DNA of 45,381 nucleotides from Gammaproteobacteria bacterium (GTDB taxonomy: Bacteria > Pseudomonadota > Gammaproteobacteria > JACCXJ01): contig JBOIDW010000024.1 in assembly GCA_050740655.1 (NCBI GenBank), positions 1 to 45,381 on the forward strand. Reading direction: 5' to 3'. The notes below the pieces were generated by a model. That model was given only the letters and a program-made list of their open reading frames with translations. It searched no databases and was not told where the DNA came from. Position 1 is the stretch's first letter; each line of letters begins with the position of its first letter. Position numbers and translations under genes: made by a program. Of the stretch, positions 27,473 through 36,321 are shown piece after piece.

Positions 27473-27524
27473 GGCTAGGGCGCTCAACGAGCGATGCGGG
27501 TGGCGTCGTTAACGGACGGAGACA

Positions 27525-28298
27525 TTAGTTTAGCGCCTGCCACCGTCCGTCCTCGCCACGGCAAGCGATCCCTTGTTCGCGGATGGTCTTACCCGAACGG
27601 CCCTTGATCTGCGAGGTATATTCACGGCAATAGCGCCCGGCGCGCCGAAACGGCTTGGATGCCGATACCAGGTACGAGGAGCCTAAATCCGGGTTGTCCC
27701 ACATCACGTCGCGTCCGTCCCTCGCGTGCTCCAGGGCCTGGCCAAAACAATAGTGATCGGAGCGATCGACGCTCACATCGGGTGCGCTACGGCCCAGCAG
27801 GTATTCCTGCAGGCCCAACACCGCCAGTGTGCTCAGATCGCCGTTGCGCATCGCGCTGACGGCATCTCCGAGCTGCGCGACGTTGCGCGATACGCCGTTG
27901 GCGCGCTCGCGCTGGCAACGCCCATCCAGGATGGCGAGCTCGCGTGGTCGGTGCGTATTGCGCCAGTCCTCGTAAGGTGCCCACTCCTCGTCGCGCCAGC
28001 GACGGTCTCTAGCGTGCTCCCACCGCTCGGCGTACCGGTCATCGGGCCTCCGGTATCGGTCGTTATTCGTACCGCCGGATGAATCGTCATCGTCGCGGTA
28101 GGTGTATTCGTGTGAGCGCAGACGGTTGCGATGCCGTTGGCGCCGCTGCTGCCGGTCGTGCCTGCGTTCGTGCTTGGCACGATGACCGTGCGCCTGTGCC
28201 CAGTTCGGGGGATCGGCCGGTGCATCTTGTACGGCTAACAGCAGGCTGATACTGAACGAAAGGATCATCAATGCGGTGCATTTCATAACGGATTTCAC
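27525..28298 (-). CDS. secreted protein with an Arg/Asp/His-rich low-complexity region and a C-terminal surface-antigen-type (RT0821/Lpp0805-like) domain
   Basis: Signal peptide MKSVMKCTALMILSFSISLLLAVQDA. Residues ~35-125 are extremely charged (HRAKHERRHDRQQRRQRHRNR..YRDDDDSSGG..RWRDEEW). C-terminus W.NPD.GSSY.V....F...GRYCREYT......G......GIACRGEDGRW. Confidence 0.65.
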   Translation of the reverse strand: MKSVMKCTALMILSFSISLLLAVQDAPADPPNWAQAHGHRAKHERRHDRQQRRQRHRNRLRSHEYTYRDDDDSSGGTNNDRYRRPDDRYAERWEHARDRRWRDEEWAPYEDWRNTHRPRELAILDGRCQRERANGVSRNVAQLGDAVSAMRNGDLSTLAVLGLQEYLLGRSAPDVSVDRSDHYCFGQALEHARDGRDVMWDNPDLGSSYLVSASKPFRRAGRYCREYTSQIKGRSGKTIREQGIACRGEDGRWQALN

Positions 28299-28756
28299 TC
28301 CAATTTTCTGTGACGATTGTCGCCTAATTTCACCCAGGCATGGCTACATCGGACCGCGTGCGTCACGAAACGCCACGCCCGCGGTGTATATCGGCCTAGC
28401 CCCATCGAAATTGACGGTGGACGGGCCGGTCCGGCACATGGGGGCCGAGGGCGGCTGATAGCATTGTTATCGTTGCGGGACGCTTCATCGCCGTGTCACC
28501 GGCGGATTCCCGGTGTTCCAGGTTCCGCGTATCGGCCGGCGCCCGCGAAGTTTGCATTCCTGCCGTTACGCGAGCTATGCAGCGAGACCGGAAATCGTGC
28601 TAGAGTTGTACCACTGGCTTGATGGATTCAGGGACTTGCAAATTTCATCTCATTACAGGATTACCGCGTTGCGATGCTGTCTGCATTTCCCGTAAGCGGT
28701 GCGCGCTCGCTGCGCTGCTCGAAAGCATCTCGCCCTGCACGGCAACCGGAATCCTA

Positions 28757-29587
28757 ATGCGCAACGTCCCGGTGAGAGCCTCGACGCGTCATTTCATTTT
28801 AGCCATCGCCGGGGTGCTGTGCCTGTCGGTGCCGGCTCTCGGGGCGGAGTTCGGCGTGACCTTGGCCTACGTTGGTCCTGAACCACACGCTGCGCTACTG
28901 GGCGTAAAACAGGGTGTCGAGGAGGCCAATGTGCAGGGGCGATTCCTGGGACAGCGCTATCATCTGAGCCGCGCCGTGGGCCTGGGCCGAAAAGGACCGG
29001 AGCCGGCAAACTTGGCCGCCATCCTTGCCGTATTGGATGAGCCGGAGTTGCGCCGCCTGGCGGCCGAGCGTCCCTCGCTGCCGATCCTCAATCTCACCGA
29101 CGATGGTGACGGGCTGCGCGAGCGCTGTATGAACAACGTGTTGCATATCCCGCCGAGTACACATATGAAGGAGGACGCGCTCGGGCAATGGCGCAAGCTG
29201 CACCCGCGTACTCGCGCCGCAGCACGGGCCTGGCATCCCGATTTCGTGAAATATTCCGCCGAGCAACTGAACAAGCGCTATCGGAAGGCCTGGGGCGAGG
29301 CCATGGACGACGCAGCCTGGGCCGGTTGGGCCGCGGTCAAGCTGGTGAGCGATAGCGTCGCAAGATTGGGTACCACGGAGCCGGCCAAGCTCCTCGATTA
29401 TCTCAAGAACGATCTGTCCTTCGACGGGCAAAAGGGTATCGACATGAGCTTTCGGCCCGATGGCCAGTTACGCCAGGTTCTGCTCCTCGTCGAAAACGAC
29501 AAGATCGTGGCCGAGGCCCCGGTGCAAGGCGTCGCCGAGCCGGAGCAGCTCGATACCTTGGGCGCGACCGCTTGTACAGGCCAATGA
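28757..29587 (+). CDS. periplasmic substrate-binding protein of the PQQ-dehydrogenase-associated type (short form)
   Basis: Signal peptide ..LSVPALGAE. C-terminal block ..AW.GWAAVKLV.D.V......EP.KLLDYLKNDLSFDGQKGIDMSFRP.DGQLRQ.LLLV resembles the binding protein found beside PQQ alcohol dehydrogenases. Start set at ATG 28757. Confidence 0.65.
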   Translation: MRNVPVRASTRHFILAIAGVLCLSVPALGAEFGVTLAYVGPEPHAALLGVKQGVEEANVQGRFLGQRYHLSRAVGLGRKGPEPANLAAILAVLDEPELRRLAAERPSLPILNLTDDGDGLRERCMNNVLHIPPSTHMKEDALGQWRKLHPRTRAAARAWHPDFVKYSAEQLNKRYRKAWGEAMDDAAWAGWAAVKLVSDSVARLGTTEPAKLLDYLKNDLSFDGQKGIDMSFRPDGQLRQVLLLVENDKIVAEAPVQGVAEPEQLDTLGATACTGQ

Positions 29588-30576
29588 CGCAATCTTACGC
29601 AACGAGGCATACGCTGATGGGTCGGACTCTCTTCACAACACTACTTCTTATTCTTACGGTTTCCCTATCTGCCGCCTGCGCCGAGCCCACGCAGCGCATC
29701 TTCGTCAGCAACGAGAAGGGGGACAGCCTGAGCGTGATCGACGGCAAGACGCTGACCGTGGAGGCGACGGTCGCGGTCGGCAAGCAACCGCGCGGCATCG
29801 GCCTCTCCCCCGGTGGGCGCGAGCTCTACGTAGCCCTGGGCAAGGAGAACGCGATCGCGGTGGTCGATCCGCAGACGCTCAAGGTCTTGCGCAAGATCCC
29901 CTCGGGAGACGATCCGGAGGCCTTTGCCGTGCACCCGGGCGGGAATATCTATATCTCCAATGAGGACGCGGCCAAGGCCACGGTCCTCAACCCCAAGGAT
30001 GGCAAGGTGCTCGCCGAGATCCCGGTTGGACTCGAGCCGGAAGGGGTTGCCATCTCGCCCGACGGCAAGCAGGTGATCGTGACCAGCGAATCGACCAATA
30101 TGCTGCACGTGATTGCCGTTCCGGAGCACGTGGTCATCGCCAACATCCTGGTCGGCGCACGTCCGCGGGCGGCAGTGTTTTCCAGTGACGGCAAGATCGC
30201 CTACGCCACTTCGGAGATCGGCGGCGAGGTCAAGCGCGTGGACATGGTACGGCACAAGGTCTTGAAAAAGGTCGCGCTCGGGGATGACAAGATCAAGCCC
30301 AAGGACGTCATCTTGAGCCGCGATGAGTCCGTGCTCTACGTTGCGGGAGGCCGGGCCAATCAAATCATCGTCATGGATGCCGAGACGCTCGCGATCCAGC
30401 GCCGCATAGCCGTAGGCGAGCGCGTCTGGGGCCTCGCGCTATCGAGGGACGGCGCGCGGCTGTATTGCACGAACGGTGTCAGCAATACGATCTCCGTCAT
30501 AGACACGGCCAAGCAAGCGGAGTTGAAGACCATTACGGTCGGAGCGGGGCCCTGGGGCGTGGTAGTGGACGATTGA
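29584..30576 (+). CDS. YVTN-repeat beta-propeller protein (PQQ-dependent catabolism-associated type)
   Basis: Signal peptide, then repeated ..YV.N....S.SVID.......I.VG..P.G.A.SPDG.. units (5-6 copies). ATG 29584 overlaps the upstream stop (ATGA). Confidence 0.8.
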   Translation: MTQSYATRHTLMGRTLFTTLLLILTVSLSAACAEPTQRIFVSNEKGDSLSVIDGKTLTVEATVAVGKQPRGIGLSPGGRELYVALGKENAIAVVDPQTLKVLRKIPSGDDPEAFAVHPGGNIYISNEDAAKATVLNPKDGKVLAEIPVGLEPEGVAISPDGKQVIVTSESTNMLHVIAVPEHVVIANILVGARPRAAVFSSDGKIAYATSEIGGEVKRVDMVRHKVLKKVALGDDKIKPKDVILSRDESVLYVAGGRANQIIVMDAETLAIQRRIAVGERVWGLALSRDGARLYCTNGVSNTISVIDTAKQAELKTITVGAGPWGVVVDD

Positions 30577-30672
30577 AGGGCCATGGGGCCGCCACAGGCG
30601 TGGCTGCGTCAGCAGCGGCGCCTATCGTGGCCCCGCGCCGCCTTGGGCTAAGCGCCAGCAAGCCTTGTTCAT

Positions 30673-30693
30673 GGCCCTCCCCCCGGGAGGGCC
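30673..30693 (+). other. GC-rich stem-loop (GGCCCTCCC-ccc-GGGAGGGCC) downstream of the propeller gene
   Basis: 9-bp perfect stem read directly. No T-tract, so its function as a terminator is uncertain. Confidence 0.3.
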
Positions 30694-30763
30694 CGGGCAT
30701 TTCGCCGATCGATACGGTCTTGCTAAACTGCCGCTAGTAACGTGTGGGACCTCGATCCTGCCC

Positions 30764-31408
30764 ATGACCAGCCTCCCAACGCAACCCGCGTCCAGCGCCA
30801 GCCCCGTTATCGAGACCTTCCTGCAACACTGCCGGCGCGTGCGCTATCGCGCCAAGGCACAGATTATTCGGCGCGGCGATCCGGCCGACGAACTGCTCTA
30901 CGTCGTCGAGGGATCGGTCTCGGTCACGCTGGAAAACGAGGGGGGGCGGGAGATAGTCCTGGCCTATCTCAATGCCGGCCAGTTCTTCGGCGAGATCGGT
31001 TTGTTCTTCGAGCGCAACGCGCGCACGGCGATGGTGAGGGCGCGGACGCACTGCGAGGTCGCGCATATCACGTATGCCCGGTTGCGCAGCCTGCCCTCGG
31101 TGTTCCCGGACATCGTGTATATGCTCGCCACCCAGATAGCCGGGCGCCTGCTCGACACGAACCGCAAGCTCGGTGGCCTGGCGTTCCTGGACGTAGCCGG
31201 CCGTCTGGCCCGCGCACTGATGGATCTCTGCAAGGAGCCGGACGCCATGACCCACCCGGAGGGCATGCAGATCCGCGTCACCCGGCAGGAACTCAGCCGC
31301 ATCGTCGGCTGCTCGCGCGAGGTGGTTGGCCGAGTGCTCAAATCGATGGTTGAGCAAAAGCTCATTTCGGTCACGGGTAAGACCATCGTCGTCCATGGCG
31401 CGCGTTGA
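30764..31408 (+). CDS. crp: cAMP-receptor-protein family global transcription regulator (CRP/Vfr/Clp type)
   Basis: cNMP-binding beta-roll (LYVVEGSVSV..GREIVLAYLNAGQFFGEIGLF). The HTH block VTRQELSRIVGCSREVVGRVLKSMVEQKLISVTGKTIVVHGAR is nearly collinear with E. coli CRP. Confidence 0.85.
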   Translation: MTSLPTQPASSASPVIETFLQHCRRVRYRAKAQIIRRGDPADELLYVVEGSVSVTLENEGGREIVLAYLNAGQFFGEIGLFFERNARTAMVRARTHCEVAHITYARLRSLPSVFPDIVYMLATQIAGRLLDTNRKLGGLAFLDVAGRLARALMDLCKEPDAMTHPEGMQIRVTRQELSRIVGCSREVVGRVLKSMVEQKLISVTGKTIVVHGAR

Positions 31409-31593
31409 ACCAGGCGCACCTTTAAAAAATGCCCTTGCTCCACTCGAAAAGGTACGACGGCGAACCGATTGCTTCGAGGGTTTAGTGGTTCCCGCAATCG
31501 GCGTCGAATGTCGGGTCTAGTCGCGCGAGCAAGCCGCTCGGCCGCGCAGGTTGATTCGCATTCTCTGTCCCGTCCGAGACCCTGAGGAACATC

Positions 31594-32745
31594 ATGAAGA
31601 TCGTCATCGCACCGGACTCATTCAAGGAAAACCTGACCTCGATGCAGGTCGCCGAGGCGATAGAGCGGGGCATCAAACGGGTGGTGCCCAAGGCGCGCTG
31701 TATCAAGATCCCGATGGCCGATGGCGGCGAGGGCACGGTGCAGTCCTTGGTGGACGCGACCGGCGGGCGGATCCTGCGCAAACAGGTCACAGGCCCGCTA
31801 GGCCATCCGGTCAAGGCGCGGTTTGGGATGCTGGGCGACGGCCAGACCGCGGTCATCGAGATGGCCGAGGCCTCGGGCCTGCCCCTGGTTCCTAAGGATC
31901 GGCGCGACCCGCTTGCGGCCACCACTTACGGTACCGGGGAACTGATCCTTGCGGCGCTCGCACTCGGGGCCCGCGACATCATTGTCGGTATCGGTGGCTC
32001 GGCTACCGTCGATGGCGGGACCGGTATGGCGCAGGCCCTGGGCGTGCGGTTCCTCGACGCGCAAGGCAACCCGATCACCGAATGCGGCGCGGGCGGCCTG
32101 TTGTCGCGGATCGCCGCGATCGACATGAGCGGCATCGACGCACGGTTGCGGACCTGCAAGCTCGTCATCGCCGGTGACGTGGAGAATCCGCTCTACGGAC
32201 CGAAGGGCGCGGCGGCCGTCTTCGGCCCGCAAAAGGGTGCCACGCCGGAGATGGTCAAGACCCTGGATGCGGGCCTGAAACAACTCGCGGCACTCATCAA
32301 GCGCGACCTCAAGCGCGATATCTCGAAGACCACGGGGGGCGGTGCGGCCGGAGGGCTCGGTGCCGGGCTGATGGCCTTTGCCGGGGCCGATATGCAGCGC
32401 GGCGTGGACCTGGTGGTTGCAGCGACCGGACTCGTCAAGCACTTGCGGGGCGCCGATCTGGTGATCACCGGCGAGGGACGGGTGGACTTTCAGACCGCCT
32501 TCGGGAAGACCCCCTCAGGCGTCGCCAAAGCGGCGCACAAGCGCAAGGTCCCGGTGGTCGCCATCGGCGGGGCGCTGGCCGATGACGCGGTCGGTGTCTA
32601 CGCGCATGGCATCGACGGCCTAGCGGCCGGTGCCGCGCGCACGATGGATCTAGCCGAGGCCTTGCGTTTATCCCCCCTGCATCTGGCAAACGCCGCGGAG
32701 CGCGTCATGCGGCTCATCTTGATCGGAAAGGGCATGCGCCGCTAG
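31594..32745 (+). CDS. glycerate kinase
   Basis: MKIVIAPDSFKENLTSMQVAEAI..PMADGGEGT.. and ..LVITGEGRVDFQT.FGK.P.GVA. family blocks. Confidence 0.9.
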   Translation: MKIVIAPDSFKENLTSMQVAEAIERGIKRVVPKARCIKIPMADGGEGTVQSLVDATGGRILRKQVTGPLGHPVKARFGMLGDGQTAVIEMAEASGLPLVPKDRRDPLAATTYGTGELILAALALGARDIIVGIGGSATVDGGTGMAQALGVRFLDAQGNPITECGAGGLLSRIAAIDMSGIDARLRTCKLVIAGDVENPLYGPKGAAAVFGPQKGATPEMVKTLDAGLKQLAALIKRDLKRDISKTTGGGAAGGLGAGLMAFAGADMQRGVDLVVAATGLVKHLRGADLVITGEGRVDFQTAFGKTPSGVAKAAHKRKVPVVAIGGALADDAVGVYAHGIDGLAAGAARTMDLAEALRLSPLHLANAAERVMRLILIGKGMRR

Positions 32746-33097
32746 CCGCGCCGTCGGACTCGGGTGCTGACCAAAGGGGGATCCCTAAAGCGCGATCCCA
32801 CGGGGTCGATGGACTTGCACAGCTGGCTGCGCTGGTAGCGCGCCGATATTCCGCCGGGGCTAAACGCGTCATACGACCTATCGCTACGTGATTGTGTCGC
32901 AGCCGGACGCAGCGCCTACGTCAGACCGCCAATGGACCCGGACCGGGATGGGCCGTACAACGTTCCCAACCAGCCCGCGGCCCGAGACCACGCATCGGTC
33001 GGGCACGGCTGGGATCGCAACGATCGACGCTAGGAGAATAACCATGCCGATTTTCAAGAAAGATTGAAGACGGTGCGGCCGGTTACCTGCGGCCCCG

Positions 33098-33805
33098 TCA
33101 TGCCCCGACCGCGCCTGCCGGCCGATCGGCGAGCACGCGGCCGTTGGCCAGCGTCAGGTGGCGCTCGCAATGGCCGGCCAGCGCTGCATCGTGGGTGACC
33201 AGCACCAGCGTGGTGCCGTATTCCTCCTTGAGGGCGAATAACAGTCGGCTGACCACTGCGGCGGTCGCGGTATCGAGATTGCCGGTGGGCTCGTCGGCGA
33301 ACAGCACGCTGGGGCGGGGCGCGAAGGCCCGCGCCAGGGCGACGCGTTGCTGCTCGCCGCCGGAGAGCTGGTGCGGATAGTGCCCCAGACGCGCGCTGAG
33401 ACCCACGCGCGTGAGCTCGCGCCGCGCCGCGCCGCGCGGATCGGCGTGGCCGTTCAGCTCCAGGGGCAGCATGACGTTCTCCAGGGCGTTCAGGCTGGGC
33501 ATCAGGTAAAACGATTGGAAGACGAAACCGACGTGCCGGCCGCGCAGCCGGGCCCGCCCGTCCTCGTCCAGGGTATTGAGGTCCTGGCCATCGAAAACGA
33601 CGCCACCGCGGGTCGGGGTATCCAACCCCGCCATCAGCCCGATGAGCGTCGATTTCCCCGATCCGGAGACGCCGACTATGGCCACGGCCTCCGCGCGGCG
33701 TATTGAAAAATTGACATCATCGAGTATGGTAAGCAGTCCTTCGGGGCTGCTGACCTCTTTGCTCAGATGTTCTATGCGTAACAGGATATCGTGGTCGATC
33801 ACCAT
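33098..33805 (-). CDS. ybbA: ABC transporter ATP-binding protein, YbbA/LolD-like
   Basis: Walker A GVSGSGKSTL, signature LSGGEQQRVALARAF, Walker B VLFADEPTGNLD. Divergent from tesA, as in enterobacteria. Start set at ATG 33805 (MVIDHDILLRIEHLSK). Confidence 0.8.
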   Translation of the reverse strand: MVIDHDILLRIEHLSKEVSSPEGLLTILDDVNFSIRRAEAVAIVGVSGSGKSTLIGLMAGLDTPTRGGVVFDGQDLNTLDEDGRARLRGRHVGFVFQSFYLMPSLNALENVMLPLELNGHADPRGAARRELTRVGLSARLGHYPHQLSGGEQQRVALARAFAPRPSVLFADEPTGNLDTATAAVVSRLLFALKEEYGTTLVLVTHDAALAGHCERHLTLANGRVLADRPAGAVGA

Positions 33806-34409
33806 CACTGTCCTCGCGGCCGTGCTGTGCTCGTGGGTGGCGGTGGCCGGGACGCCGGTCATCATGGTCCTCGGGGATAGCTTGAGCGCCGCTTATGGGA
33901 TCAGCGTAGACCAGGGCTGGGTGAAACAATTGCAATCCCGCTTGCGCGCAGAGGGTGCCCCGCATGAAGTGGTCAACGCCAGCGTAAGCGGTGAGACCAC
34001 GGCCGGCGGGCGGGCGCGGCTCGCGGACCTCATTGAACGGCATCGTCCGGCGATCGTCCTGGTCGAGTTGGGTGGCAACGATGGCTTGCGTGGTCTGCCA
34101 CTGGCCGAGATCCGCGGCAATCTAGCACAGATCATCGCCGTCTCGCAGGCGGCGGGCGCCAAGGTCTTATTGTTGCCGATGCGCATCCCGCCCAATTATG
34201 GCCTCGCTTACGTACGCGGCTTCGAAGCGATTTATGCGGAGCTATCCGAGGAATACGCGTTGCCCGAGGCGCAATTCATCCTGGATGGCGTCACCGAGCG
34301 GCCGTTCATGATGCAGGAGGATCGTATCCATCCGCGTGCCGAGGCCCAGGGGCTGATGCTGAACAATATCTGGCCGGCGCTGAGCGCCCTGCTCGCAGAG
34401 ACCTCTTGA
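33774..34409 (+). CDS. tesA: SGNH/GDSL arylesterase / acyl-CoA thioesterase I (TesA-like)
   Basis: Signal peptide, then block I VLGDSLSAAYG, block III ELGGNDGLRG and block V DRIHP. Start set at ATG 33774, giving a head-to-head overlap with ybbA. Confidence 0.85.
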   Translation: MRNRISWSITITVLAAVLCSWVAVAGTPVIMVLGDSLSAAYGISVDQGWVKQLQSRLRAEGAPHEVVNASVSGETTAGGRARLADLIERHRPAIVLVELGGNDGLRGLPLAEIRGNLAQIIAVSQAAGAKVLLLPMRIPPNYGLAYVRGFEAIYAELSEEYALPEAQFILDGVTERPFMMQEDRIHPRAEAQGLMLNNIWPALSALLAETS

Positions 34410-34419
34410 GCCGGCCGCT

Positions 34420-35013
34420 ATGAAATATTGCAGCCATTGCGCGGCGGCGGTCGAGCTGCGCGTCCCCGCCGGCGACAACCGCGAGCGGCACGTCTGCACG
34501 CGCTGCGGGAGCGTGTTCTATCAGAATCCCAAGATCGTTGCCGGCTGCATCGCCGAGCATGACGGCAAACTGCTGCTGTGTCGCCGCGCCATCGAGCCGC
34601 GCTATGGCCTGTGGACGCTGCCGGCCGGGTTCATGGAGAACCAGGAGACCGCCATAGAGGCCGCGGTCCGCGAGACGCGGGAGGAGGCGAACGCCGGCGT
34701 GGACATCATCGATCTCTTCACGCTCTTCAGCCTGCCGCACGCCGACCAGGTGTATATGATGTTCCGCTCGCGGGTGCTGGACCTGGGCGAGGCGCCGGGC
34801 AGCGAGAGTCTGGAAGTGGGGTTGTTCGACGAGGCCCAGGTCCCCTGGGACGAGATCGCCTTCGCCACCATTCTGCACACCTTGCGATTCTATATCAGCG
34901 ACCGCCGCGCCGGCCGTTTTCAGTTACATGTCGGCGACATCGTCAAGAACGGCGCGGCCTCGAGTTTCGTCCCGCGGCGTGAAAATCCCTTAAGCCATTC
35001 CCTTCCACTATAG
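34420..35013 (+). CDS. NUDIX hydrolase with N-terminal zinc ribbon
   Basis: CSHC..CTRC zinc ribbon and Nudix box PAGFMENQETAIEAAVRETREEANA. Confidence 0.8.
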   Translation: MKYCSHCAAAVELRVPAGDNRERHVCTRCGSVFYQNPKIVAGCIAEHDGKLLLCRRAIEPRYGLWTLPAGFMENQETAIEAAVRETREEANAGVDIIDLFTLFSLPHADQVYMMFRSRVLDLGEAPGSESLEVGLFDEAQVPWDEIAFATILHTLRFYISDRRAGRFQLHVGDIVKNGAASSFVPRRENPLSHSLPL

Positions 35014-35023
35014 GAGACTCCAC

Positions 35024-36223
35024 GTGATCAAACCCCATGGCTCATCGGCCTTGAACCCCTTGTTCGTGTATGACGCCGAGTGGCACCATGCCCTCACCAG
35101 GGAGGCCGGGTCCTTGCCCTCGCTGGTGTTGAACTCCGCGGCCGCGGCCAATGCCGTGATGCTGGGCGCCGGTTACTTCAATCCCTTAACCGGGTATATG
35201 AACGCTGCCGACGCGCTGAGCGTTGCCGAGCACATGCACACGCGCTCGGGGCTGTTCTGGCCGGTGCCCTGTCTCAATCTCACCCAAGACCCGGGCGTGA
35301 TCCGCGGCGCCACGCGCATCGCACTGCGTGACCCCAACGTCGAGGGCCATCCGGTGCTGGCGATCCAGGACCTCGAGACCATCGAGGTCTTGAGCGAGCA
35401 CCAGATGCGCTTGATCACCGAGCGGGTGTTCCGCACCTTGGACCCGAATCATCCGGGTGTTGCGACCTTCGGGTCGCTCGGCCGCCATGTGGTCGCCGGT
35501 CCCATCCAGGTGCTGAACTTCAGTTATTTCCAGGGGGACTTTCCCGACACCTTCCGCACTGCGGTCGAGTTGCGCAACGAGATCCAGGAGCATGGCTGGA
35601 GGAAGGTCGTCGCGTTTCAGACCCGTAATCCCATGCACCGCGCCCATGAGGAACTGTGCAAGATGGCCAAGGACGCGGTGGGCGCCGACGGCATCCTCAT
35701 CCACATGTTGCTCGGACGCCTCAAGGAGGGCGATATCCCGGCGCCGGTGCGCGACGCGGCGATCCGCAAGATGGTCGAGCTCTATTTCCCGCCCAACAGC
35801 GTGATGGTCACCGGGTACGGCTTCGACATGCTCTACGCCGGCCCGCGCGAGGCAGTGCTGCACGCGGTATTTCGGCAGAACGCCGGCTGCACGCATCTCA
35901 TCGTCGGCCGCGACCATGCCGGGGTCGGGCGCTATTACGGGCCCTTCGACGCGCAGACGATTTTTGATGCCGAGGTGCCGCGGGGGGCACTGGAGATCCG
36001 GATCTTCCGTGCCGACAACACCGCCTATTCCACGCGACTGAACCGCGTCGTGATGATGCGCGACGCCCCCGATCATCGGCCCGAGGACTTCGTGCAGCTC
36101 TCCGGCACCAAGGTACGCGACCTGCTCGCGGCCGGGCAGGCATTGCCCGGCGAGTTTGCGCGGCCGGAGGTTGCGGAGATCCTGATGCGCCACTATCAAG
36201 AGGAGGCGCGCTGCGGCGGCTGA
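35024..36223 (+). CDS. sat: sulfate adenylyltransferase (ATP sulfurylase, homo-oligomeric Sat type)
   Basis: FQTRNPMHRAHEEL, HMLLGRLKEGDIP and VGRDHAGVG motifs. GTG start sits 7 nt after AGGAG. Confidence 0.9.
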   Translation: MIKPHGSSALNPLFVYDAEWHHALTREAGSLPSLVLNSAAAANAVMLGAGYFNPLTGYMNAADALSVAEHMHTRSGLFWPVPCLNLTQDPGVIRGATRIALRDPNVEGHPVLAIQDLETIEVLSEHQMRLITERVFRTLDPNHPGVATFGSLGRHVVAGPIQVLNFSYFQGDFPDTFRTAVELRNEIQEHGWRKVVAFQTRNPMHRAHEELCKMAKDAVGADGILIHMLLGRLKEGDIPAPVRDAAIRKMVELYFPPNSVMVTGYGFDMLYAGPREAVLHAVFRQNAGCTHLIVGRDHAGVGRYYGPFDAQTIFDAEVPRGALEIRIFRADNTAYSTRLNRVVMMRDAPDHRPEDFVQLSGTKVRDLLAAGQALPGEFARPEVAEILMRHYQEEARCGG

Positions 36224-36321
36224 TTGAAACCGCGGCTTTACAGCCGTGGGATGGGGGCGATCAAAACAACGTGTATTCACGGCTGTCGCCGGCAGGGCCG
36301 GATCCGCGGGGTGTAGAGCGT

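Noticed and set aside
28309-28324. CRP-like half site TGTGA-cgattg-TCGCC in the divergent control region between the charged secreted protein gene and the binding-protein gene, with crp encoded 2.4 kb away.
   Set aside because: Only the left half matches the TGTGA-N6-TCACA consensus; the right half is 3/5. Too weak to call.
32884-33045. 53-codon minus-strand ORF (MVILLASIVAIPAVPDRCVV..) in the gap after the ybbA-like gene.
   Set aside because: No Shine-Dalgarno and no recognisable similarity to the YbbP N-terminus. It may be a chance ORF.
35186-36280. 364-aa ORF antisense to sat. Similar long shadow ORFs lie at 25145-26191 (antisense xoxF), 30734-31396 (antisense crp), 2513-3415 (within the MFS gene in another frame), 18088-18951 and 19848-20516 (antisense pilC/pilB), 29665-30363 and 5244-5810.
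   Set aside because: Each fully overlaps a gene with clear family motifs. Their translations are Arg/Gly/Ala/Pro-rich with no recognisable motifs. Long stop-free antisense frames are expected in GC-rich DNA.
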